Assembly: GCA_002633005.1 (NCBI GenBank)
Contig: NMRA01000055.1
Span: 641,856 to 705,855, forward strand
Direction: 5' to 3'
DNA: 64,000 nucleotides
DNA from: Phoronis australis
Taxonomy: Eukaryota; Animalia; Phoronida
In this document: positions 42,401 to 51,900 of the stretch, one piece after another
How positions within the stretch are numbered: the stretch's first letter is position 1
How the letters are laid out: each line of letters starts with the position of its first letter
Notes under the pieces: model-generated
The model's input: the letters and a program-made list of their open reading frames with translations, nothing else
The model's database searches: none
Told to the model about the DNA's origin: nothing
Translations under genes and position numbers: made by a program

Positions 42401-45216
42401 CCTCCGCTAAACACACCAGAGGCATCTTTAAATGTGTGGATCAAGTTGTCTGGTGTAGATATCCCCTCTTGACCAATAGGTGGGGTAATTATACCTAGAA
42501 CGACAAGCATGATACATAAAACAGAGACATATACAATACAATTAACTAACTGCATGTCAGAATACATCCTGTTTAGAAAGTATTGAGATATGTTGCTCAC
42601 AAACATAGAGAGAAGGAATCAAACTCTCCAGCTCTAACTGAAATAGAAAATCTTGAGACTAACTTTCCTACTATATTAAACCAACTTTACATAATTTATT
42701 TAATCACAAACAATTACACAATGTTGATCGCCTATTCAATGCCAAACGTATAAACTTCCTTGTTAATTCAATCACTTAAAAGGTTTTGAATTGCTATCAA
42801 GTAGCATGATTTCAAAAGAAATAGTCCTGAGATCTGAATAAGCCTCAAATTTCATTAAAAAGTGAAATTCATCATAGTAATATAATATTTTATGTGCAAA
42901 TGGCATCCACATTCTACAATCAAGATGATTTGCACAACAAAATCTTGTCATGGATGGTAAAATCTCACCAATTTAGGACACAATATGGCCTACAGCTGAA
43001 ATTTCTAATTCTTTTTCATATAAAATATAAAGCAGCATGTTCAAGTTTCGTATGATATGTAACTATCACACAAAATTTTGAAAATTTTTGGGCCACCACA
43101 ACCTTGACAAACGAGAAAAAGTGGCAATTTTTAGCAATTATTTTGGTCCAAAATAGGTGAAATTTTACCGTATGTCCACAAACACGAGTTGTAAGTCAAA
43201 TTTATGACTCAGAATGTGGACTCAAGCACATTTAATTTCCACAAACACAATACAGGAGTGCCACTAACAAGCAATGCGGTGACACCTTTTGAGTAACTGG
43301 CACATCACAGCCTTAATGAACGAATACAATGAAAGACACAAAAAGCCCTTGGGGAATATATGGCAATAGGAAACATTCTACATACAGTTTTATACCACTG
43401 TGAGAGCAAAAAAAGCACCTTTCGCTACACTCAATTTACAATTCTGGTGTGACATGACCAAAATGCAACTTCTTGAATTCACGGCCATTTGAGACGTTGG
43501 ACATTTTTGTGTAAATTGTTTGAAAATCCCCACTGCACATCACGGGCGATTTCATGGCATCATGGTTGCAAGGAATTTATAAAAAAACACTTGGAAAAGT
43601 CCCACTTCATTGAACACATAAAAGATTGCCGGAGCTAACTACCAACAACCATGATGCCATGCGGCAAAAAGGGGAATTTTATCATGTCGCCGCTTTATCG
43701 GAAAATTGCTATGTACAAAGGGCAATACAGAGCCAAGAAGCAATATGCCTTTCAACAGCTGCAGTCAATTTCCTGATTTATTATTAGTAACGCCATCTGC
43801 CAAACTCAAAAGTAAATACCGCCAAAGCAACATAAATAAATAATTTACGGTTGCTGAAATAAGACATTATGTTTGTGAAAACTTTCAAATGGCTCATTAG
43901 CACAATACACAATTAACTACCAAACCTGTGTCAATGAACGAAGGTGTAGTTTCCTTGTAGCTTCCCGAAGAAGGAAGACCGATATGAATAGGCGATGGCG
44001 GGGCAATAGGGCCCGGGTCTCCACTCGGGTGACGCTGAGGTACGGCAATGGGAGACGACTCCGGAGCCTGATTGGCCTGTTCATCGCTGGCCGTGAAAGA
44101 CTCAAACACTTCCACTTCAGCTTGTGTCTGAGACGTGTTGGTGAGAAGCTTCTTGACCCCTTCATCCTCTGGCAACTAAAGGACATTAATAGACACATTG
44201 TAAAGAGCATTAATAGACACATTGTAGTCCTATCAGTTCATGGACAAAATGTAGTTAGCACACTCAACCAGTGGTAGTTAATTTTTTAGTATTCAATAAA
44301 GACAAGTTTTGTAACCATTGATGGGTTTTATGTTACCATGACTCATCAGATTACGTGGGCATCAATCAACATATGCCCTTTCCTCAAAACTTGGTGATTG
44401 GGATTTTTAATATTCTTTTGCACACAGCATACAGCATACAAACTGTAACCAACACTCTATACTCTATGCATGTCACCGTCACTCAAGTTTTTAAAACGGA
44501 CATGTCTAATAAAATTTGAGAACAAATTGTAATACTTTGATGCACACCTGTGTTTCACCTTCCCCAGGTTCTGCTTCTGATTGGAACGACACCTCTATCT
44601 CTGCAGAACAACGAGAAATTGACCGTAGCACTTTGGCATCTGTATCTAATGGAGGCACTATACTATCCTGATGTTGGCAGAATGACTGCTCCACTTCGTT
44701 ATTATCCAAAGAATTGTCCACAGATGGCGCACCTTGCTGTTGTGTTATTGCTTCAGTCGTAACCTGAGGGACAATACTATCAAAAAAGTCGGCCCCATTA
44801 TCTGAGCTCGGTGCTTCAGAGGCAAAGTATTTAGATATATCTTGGTTGGCACCACTTTCTGATACGTCTGTAGTGATGCCACCTTGCGACGGAATGCTCT
44901 GAACATTGACGCCACTAAGTGGCGCTCCTTCACCTTGTGAAGATTTGGTTGGAGGTTCAGTATAAGTTTCGACATGTTCCGTAGACTCTATATCTCCTCC
45001 TAAACTTAATTCATCCATCGTTTGGTCCAACGTTGGCATGGCAGTAGGTTGTTGAGGTTCTGGATCTTGGTCACTGACCAGATCCAGGATATCCTCTGTT
45101 GATGGAGATATTGCTATGGAGACCAGAGTTGAAGGGTCAGGGTGTGCCTCAGAGGACATATCTGGGATGACAGAGGACTGCCCTTCACTAACATTTGCTT
45201 GACTTGGCTCTTCCAT
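12446..45216 (-). CDS. TRAPPC12: Trafficking protein particle complex subunit 12 (TTC15), ~775 aa, 13 coding exons
   Basis: Exons (minus): 45216-44548, 44175-43926, 42494-42244, 34876-34760, 33332-33219, 23671-23533, 22082-21970, 21244-21172, 20490-20417, 19058-18960, 18197-18100, 16859-16772, 12688-12446. All introns are GT-AG with consistent phases; total 2328 nt. Diagnostic peptides: [82 protein letters not shown] repeats, [20 protein letters not shown]. Long acidic low-complexity N-terminus. Confidence 0.95.
14750..14950 (+). repeat. Member of an abundant interspersed repeat family
   Basis: Core GTTATGTAGGA..TAGA.AAA...ATCATATCTCAGAAATGGC recurs at ~17545, ~22260, ~37710 and, inverted, ~59430-59505. 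A second family core GGTAAAATCTCACCAATTT..CA.AAAATAATTGCC recurs at ~22135, 24080-24120(-), 30860, 42955, 43130-43170(-), 54200-54245(-) and 61320-61365(-). Confidence 0.7.
15436..16539 (+). mobile_element. 5'-truncated non-LTR retrotransposon relic (RNase H + C-terminal CCHC zinc knuckle; LOA/R1/I-group type) in the last TRAPPC12 intron
   Basis: ORF 15530-16186: YT(G)[47 protein letters not shown] (RNase HI fold). Frameshifted continuation 16152-16433: [23 protein letters not shown]. Flanked by a 24-bp direct repeat with 2 mismatches (15412-15435 / 16540-16563). Confidence 0.85.
16920..17190. mobile_element. Two tRNA-derived SINE-like copies in inverted (head-to-head) orientation
   Basis: Minus copy ~17060->16920 has A-box-like TGGCTCCGTGG and B-box-like GGTTTGAGTCC. 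Plus copy ~17083-17190. Shared body ATCTTTTCAGACTTA...ACAGGTGGCGTGCTGACCAGA[C/T]TTAAAA. A third copy lies at 42060-42205. Confidence 0.65.
24384..24638 (-). mobile_element. Short Helentron-associated/DINE-1-like non-autonomous element
   Basis: (GGAC)n-type microsatellite at ~24547-24590 next to a terminal palindrome CCACATAT-AA-ATATGTGG and an A-run end; AACAAGAG at the other end. Confidence 0.6.
25712..30237 (+). CDS. Class A (rhodopsin-like) GPCR, peptide-receptor-like orphan, ~472 aa, 2 coding exons, nested antisense in TRAPPC12 intron 5
   Basis: Exon 25712-26446 (TM1-TM5: [35 protein letters not shown]), donor AAG|GTAGGC. Exon 29554-30237 after tatttcag, phase 0 and in frame (long ICL3, TM6 [17 protein letters not shown]7 [11 protein letters not shown], helix 8 FRRDVKKL). 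N-terminal N-glycosylation sequons NLS, NTS, NCT. TATATAAA at ~25360. Confidence 0.92.
28415..28540. repeat. Small MITE-like element with 15-bp inverted termini
   Basis: TCACTAGGTGCCACT ... AGTGACACCTAGTGA (14/15 complementary), inside the GPCR intron. Confidence 0.45.
33990..34340 (+). repeat. Member of a third interspersed repeat family (~350 bp)
   Basis: TGTGAGAG...CTTTCACTTGAC.C.A.TTT.A..ATGTCGCC also occurs at ~40990-41330 and ~43400-43700. Confidence 0.55.
38809..40093 (+). mobile_element. Helentron-associated (HINE/DINE-1-like) non-autonomous element, ~1.3 kb
   Basis: 5' palindromic sub-terminal repeat ACTTGGCGAAAT/TTCGCCAAGT (38817-38838, duplicated), (TTTG) tract, internal tandem duplication, 3' sub-terminal ATTTCGCCAAGT (40053-40064), then hairpin CGCTC-CTCA-GAGCG and a T-rich end. 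Confidence 0.75.
42060..42205 (+). mobile_element. tRNA-derived SINE-like element
   Basis: A-box-like CTCAGTGGCTAGAGCA, B-box GGTTCGAGTTCC, and a body shared with the copies at 16920-17190. Confidence 0.65.
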
Positions 45217-45223
45217 AGCAGAG

Positions 45224-45930
45224 CTGAAAATAAAGTAACTGTAATTAAGTCAATTCATTTATATTTGAAGTAAATAATCAATTAAATTAAATAGATTTTA
45301 AAAGACACTGGTACAAACTCCTTGCTAAGAAGCATCAGAAACATACAGTTGATTGTTTTTTTCACAAGGCTCTTTTGGAAACAACAATTTTCTCAGCAGG
45401 ATTTTGCATCAAAAAGGCCTAGCTGGCTGGCTAAGTTGGCGACTGTCACCGTCACAGTCAAGAGGCGTCACCGCAACTGTTTTAAATGCATACTTCTGCA
45501 CATTTATCGTCAAATTCCATACTTGGCAAACAAATGGCAAACAAACCTAGGTGATAACTAGAAGCGCAGCTCTTTAGACGTACTTCAGAACACCATCAAA
45601 ACAACATTTTGTAATTGTAGTTTAACCAGCATGTGTAAACGTCATCAAATACTGTGTGCACAGACGAGCCGAATATAATTAGGGATAGTCTATCATGTTT
45701 TAAAACAAAGTAACAATTAGAAAGATATTGGTGTCGAGTTTTTACAGAATTTTAGAATTTACTATATTAATTATGCTTTTCTAAGCAGTTTTAATGGATA
45801 AAAATTCTTTAGACTTTTTGTAGAAAATAATTACACACTTAATGTACCCTTCCAAAAAATGAAATTGCCTGTCCTGCTGTCGCATGTAAGTCTTTACCGG
45901 TGTCGTAAATAAGATAACTTCCGCCCAAGA
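45224..45930. promoter_or_regulatory. Putative bidirectional promoter / 5' UTR region of TRAPPC12 and EIPR1
   Basis: Divergent ATGs at 45216(-) and 45931(+). The TRAPPC12 ATG exon has an acceptor at 45224-45226, so a non-coding first exon must lie further upstream, most simply in this interval. ETS-like ACTTCCGCCC at 45917-45926. Confidence 0.7.
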
Positions 45931-48900
45931 ATGGACGACGATGCTCCCGTTATTTACGGTTTAGAATTTCAGGTATGTTGAGAAAGGGGATTCCTGAATA
46001 CTAGTAAAACTTAAGGTACTGGTGGATCTTGTAGAAAATTTTGACTTCATCGGAAATTTGCAAAATCCATTCTGGATTTTATGAGGGGTGTAGCGCAGTC
46101 AAGTCAGCCAGCTGGCAGAGTGTATACTATACTATCTATAGGCAATTAAACCGCTCTGGACGTCGCGGGCATACAGAGGCGATAGTACATCCAAATAAAA
46201 AGTTACAAGAAGTCCAAGGGACACAAATCTAACAAATCTTTCCATGCTATTTTGCAAGAGTCACCTGCCACATCACGCGTTTCTCTCAGTCTCGCGCTAG
46301 CCTTTGCCTAACTCACGTGACTCAGTTGAATTATTTTGTGGTTATCGCGTGCGCGGTGAAAAAGTTAATGGTGACCAAAAAAGTGGAATTGGAATTCTTT
46401 GCCAAAGTCACCTTAATTCTCATTGCTATGCTTCATCGAAGATATGTGTAGAAGCAGAAAGGATCGCTGAAGAAAGTAAGTGCCTTTTTAAGTGATACTT
46501 TTAAGAGTAGAATGTATTTTTGACGAGGTGAAAACTTTTAACCTGTGAGCGGATTTCTCCTCAGGGCTCGACGCTATTAAAATTGCCAGGTCGCATTTTG
46601 CGACCTAGCCAAAATCCCAGGTCGCATTTTCAAAATCCAGCTCGCATTCGTAAATGCCAGGTCGCAAAATTTTCCCGCCATTTTAACGCGCCAAAATAGA
46701 TTTTTTAGATCATCGAGAAAATAGATTATGCTCTTACCTGCAGCGTTAAATACTCACAAATTTCGTATCTCAAAATTGACTTCATTCATTCTTCACGACC
46801 GCCATTGAAAGTCTCTAGAGCGCAAGGCAAGTTGCCGGCATGAAAGTTGAATCAGTGCTCTCTAACTGACTTGTGCATTCGAGTAGCTAAATTTGCGATG
46901 TGAAAAGGGAGAAAATGCCCGTTGAAAAAGTATCCGGGATTTTGTTAGATCTGGTCTGCTACTGGCCGTCATCAAAGTCGTTAACGAATCAAACTAACTC
47001 GGGTAATCGCGAGTTTGCTCTTCAATACCTTCCAAGGTACGGGAAAAATAGGTCAGTCGCAAAACGACACGCACGTCACTAGTGTTAACTTTTTTTCCGA
47101 GGTATAAAACAAAGCCGGTATTTGGTTTTTACGTATTGTGAAAAGACGTTTTTGAAAACTGAAGTTGTGTAAAATGAAAGTGACACACACCATACAGAGG
47201 CGGATCTACGGGGGGGTTCAGGGGGTTTAAACCCCCCCCTCGGGCCAGGACCCAAAAATTAAAAAAACAAAACAAAAACGTCTCCAGCAAAACAAAAACG
47301 CCGGCACCACCAGCGTGTGTAAACCCCAAGTAAACCAACCTGCAAAAAAATGAGGGGGGGGTTCACTCTGAAAATATATTTTTTGCATTGTGAATTGCTG
47401 TTATGAAAATCAACGCGTTTCGAGTCTTCGTGGCTCATCGACAAAACCCCGGAGATCAATTGTGCGCGCGCTTCCGACGACACTTCTGAAGTAGCCAAGC
47501 ATTTTAGATGGATCCACCGCTGAAAGAGCAGCTCTATAGCTGATTTCTTTAGATAACTAGCTTCTTTACTCTAAGATATGTTTTGATTTGATTAGGGAAA
47601 TACTGTGGTGCCCCAACCCTGATATTCAGGCGAATTGACGTGCAACGTTTTTACCTCATCTGTCATGCCGTGTCATCGTATTACACCCCACACGTTTGAA
47701 ACTCGAATTTGAGTGGTGTACAGTAAAGTTGTCTTGCGCAATATCATACGGTGTACATGTACATGTAATACTTTTGAAAAAAAAATTGTTTTCCGAAGAA
47801 TTGCTATTGTGGCGGGCGCCGTGGTCTGGTCGCGAGTCTGTTTGAAGATGCACTCTAACAAGTTTTGTCTATACAAGGAATGACCAAGGGGGCACTCACA
47901 TTGACAAAGTGACCGCATTCGCGAACAGTTTACAGTACCAGAAATTGCGGGGAGCCTGTATTTTCACAACAAAGTCTTGCGGGACTCGTGCGATGTTCAA
48001 TGGGCCTCCTAAGGAGCCCTAGTGCCGACCTCAACACCTACCGTCTTTCTACCTGCAATAAGCACCACTGCCGTTTTCTATACTGGGAATTTCCGCAGAA
48101 AGGCCCAACCGACGAAACGCCCATGCTCATGGGCATTTATTTGATGTTTGTACTTCGGGTTTCAAGCGTTCAGACACTGGGACGTTTATTTCGAAAATTG
48201 CAAGAGATGCAAATGGGTCCTGGGATACATCGTCAAGGTTTGAAGTAGTCCATGATGAACGGATCAAATTTAGTTGCGCATGCTGTAAGTCTTTTGAATG
48301 GACTTGGTAACCTCAGGGGGCTTAGTGCCAACTGAGCTGCGAAACGAGATGCTGACATTGTAGAGGCGTACAAGCTCATTGACACAGCAGTTGACGAAGT
48401 GCAAGCGTTGGGAACAAACGTCGAAGATGTCTGGGTAGAATGGTTCCAAGAGCAGCAAACCATTGGATCCGATATACAGATTCCTCGGCAGTCCAGACAA
48501 CAGCAGGATAGGACTAACGTTCCTGGAGAAATACCTACGTAATAAGTTATGATTCTACACAGTTTGTACATAATGTCGGTTTTTATACTTGTGTACAATG
48601 AAAACGAAATAGAAATTATTTTTGGTCATGCCAAATTTACCCAATACAGCAGAGGGTCTACGAGCGCACAAAAACTGATTCTGGTTTGTATTTCCACTTG
48701 GCTCTATCTGCTTCATATCCAAAATTGATTTCACGTAGTGCGTAGTTAAATTTGTTCTCAATACTTGTTTCTTCCAGTGAGTACTACAGAACGGTGCGAA
48801 AACCCTTCCTAGACAACCTCTCGCAGCAGTTGACGACCAGATGTATAAAATACATGTATGAGCAACCACTGGGCATTAAAAAGTGTCTAGAGAGAAGTTT

Positions 48901-51900
48901 TCAATTCAAACTTTTTTGCATAGTACACTTTAGGTCTCGCGAGGGACCAGGCCAGCTTGATTTGTGTAGATAGTGAGTTTCAGTGTACTTCTGGTTCCTC
49001 GGCGAACTAGTCTTGTGATGTTTTTTTACCAAAGTGTGCTTTGTAAAACTATCTATCTCAGCCAGTACTGTTTGGTCCCGCCACAGATCAACTATGTTTA
49101 TAGGGATAATAAGCACAGGTGTACTTTTGGTCTCGTGACGGACCAGGCCTTTTTGTGTACTCTCAGTGTACACCTGGTCCCTCTGCGAACTGGTCCTGTT
49201 TATATTTTCACCACGATGTACAGAATGTTTTGGTTTCTTGAAACTGTTTTCAGCTGATTCGTTTCCAGATACATTTGACGTTTTTCAATTGTGGTCAACG
49301 TGATTCAGCTTAATGAAGTGATACCTAATTGTTTATTGTCGCTTTTAATAATATACTATGAGCTGAGAGCACCATCGTTTGCCAGTTTTTCTCATAATTA
49401 GACAGAACACATGTTTATTTCCAGACTAACAGTACAGGTCTTCGTTCTTAAACAACTTGAGGCTGCTGTTACGCGATCATCTGTTATTCAATGTTTTACT
49501 CCCCGTCGGGTGCTCCTTATGCTCTTGAATATTTGGTAGTTGTCTAACCCCCCACACACACCACACTTTTTCATATACGACTTTTCGTATGCTAAAAAGG
49601 TGTGTATAAGCAGATGTTCCAACAAAAATTTTTGCTGGTGGCGTAATTCATACCCAGATGTGCACAAATATGATTTCACGAAACTTGTGAGCCACGTTCA
49701 TGCGACGAAATCGAGAAGGGTTTTAAATTATCTTAAGAAAAACTCAAGAGACATGTTATTAGTGCCAGAAACTTACCAGGATGCATGGAAATTTCACTAT
49801 TTGGCTACAAAAACAAAAAAATGGTCTTACACGGAGGGGGGAAACCCCCCTCCCGACCTCCCCCCTCTCGGCGCCACGTGCCTCGGATTCGACCTTTGCG
49901 GGAATCCTAAACCCCCCCCTTACTGAAAACGTAGATCCGCCCCTGCCATATAAGCTGCGTGTCAATTTTAAACCACACGCGGTCGTTTGTAGTGCGCAAT
50001 GATGGGCGCTAGCTTGAACTGTGGGCGCTTAATTGGAAATTCTCAAAATTTAAGGGGGGACTTTTACTAGATCAGTGAGCGCATATTATGAAACACTTTA
50101 AAGGTAGGGAGTAGGCTTGTGCGTGAGCATAGTCGTTACCCTCAGTGTTTGCGGTAATAAGATATTAAAACGCTGCAATGGTAAGAAACGTTATAATGAT
50201 ACGGTTTTACGAGGCAAACTCCATCTGGTAGGGGTGGGTTTCTGGATATCGTTACCACCTACATTGTACCCTTTTTAGCCACCCGGAATGATTTTGTTTA
50301 ACTGCCCGCTTCAGCCGGAACAAGGTTGTTTCTACAGGAGTCTGAACATTTTACGGCGACGGTGGTTCGGGGAGCGAAAAGTTGCCGGGGGATGTATAAA
50401 GAGAAGAATGAAAAGTTCGCTAACTTGAACCACAATTTCGCATCTAGGGCCAGTTTAGTTGCATTAGCTGGCTACGGGCATATAATACAGGGTTTACAGA
50501 ACATCGACCTCGGGAAACATCGGAACAGGATAACGTTAGTCTGGGTTATATCGGTCCCGGGACTTTGGGTCTTTTATAACCGCTGGGAATCTGAGCTCAT
50601 TTTCAAAAAAAAACAGAGCCAAGCCGGTATACTCTTTCATTTAGGACTGTCGTTGTTCTTTGAAGTGGTGCGCAGACGTGAGTTCACGCACTTGAACCGC
50701 TGGAGTAGGCCTACACTTTACGTTGGCAACAACGTGTGAAAGACAAATCATATTTCGGGCACGTAGCCCCAGAGACAAGTAAAGGGTTTGAGAATTTCTT
50801 GGCAACTGAAAGTAAAGACGTGACCGTCGTTTGGCGATTAATAAGGTTGTCATTTTCACTTTGGCTGTCTTAATACGATAAAAGGAGAAGCACATCTCAG
50901 TCTAAGTCACGATTGTCTGCCCTGCTTGCGCGCTAACGGTGCCGCAGTGCGATATCAGGGATATTGTCGTGGATATTTGGCACATGTAATAAGGACATCT
51001 TATGCGAAAAATAAGCATTTTTGTCCACCACAAAGTTTGGTAAGTTGATCACTTAAGAATTAATAGAAACACCATTGTTTTGTGAAGTTTTATCACGTGT
51101 AAGCAGTGGCCCTAAACTTTCTTCATTCGGCGAATCCGGGAATTTACAAAAGTGGCCGAAAGTGTTAGCCAATGAAACGCGTCAAAGATCGATTCTGCAT
51201 ATCCCATGTTCACGCGACTTGCTTACAAGTCATTGGGAGGCCTGTTCTCGGTTATTGTTCTTTTGAACTTGTATTTGGCAACAACCAAATAACGGTCGGA
51301 TTAACAAGAGCTGCTTTGTTTTTGCCAGGTATCTGTTGAGAAGTGTAAAGACTCAGCTTGCATTCATTGGAAATTCCAGGTCGCATTTTGCGACTTTATA
51401 CGAGCTGACAAAAATCTCAGCTCGCATTTCCAAATTTCAGGTCGCAAATGCGACCTGCAGCTCGTTAGCTTTATTAGGCCATCTATGTCTTTAATTCCTT
51501 CCAACTTGAACAATTTATAATCTAACTTGTAACCGAGCAGTCCTTCATTCAGTTCCCCAAATCGCTAACTGACCAGTTTTACACTGTTCACGCCAGGGGA
51601 TATGAGGTCATATCTCCTAATGCTAAGTAGAGGCAGTTGCACTGTCTATGTAGGTAATATGGACACAGGCGATAGTATACCCCCATAAAAAGATCATTTC
51701 AAGATACAGCGAATGACATCGAATGGAACATGCATTATACGCATTGAGACAATTTAATCAGGGTAATTCGAACATGTCCATGAAAATCTGTGGAGGTCTA
51801 CTTGAGCTTCCCTTGCTGAATGTCATTTTGAGGAAGTTACGCGAAATCACGCTAGTTCACAAGCAAAAAGTCAAAGGGACACAAATTCCTCCGGATATCT

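Larger units (their letters stand above)
46562..51470. mobile_element. Outer DNA transposon (hAT-like, non-autonomous) with sub-terminal CCAGGTCGCA arrays; right terminus truncated
   Basis: Begins CAGGGCTCGACGCTA. Clusters of CCAG[G/C]TCGCA(TTTTGCGAC) at 46586-46667 and again at 51376-51462. The right side ends ...CGTTAGC without the rest of the expected TIR. Confidence 0.6.
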
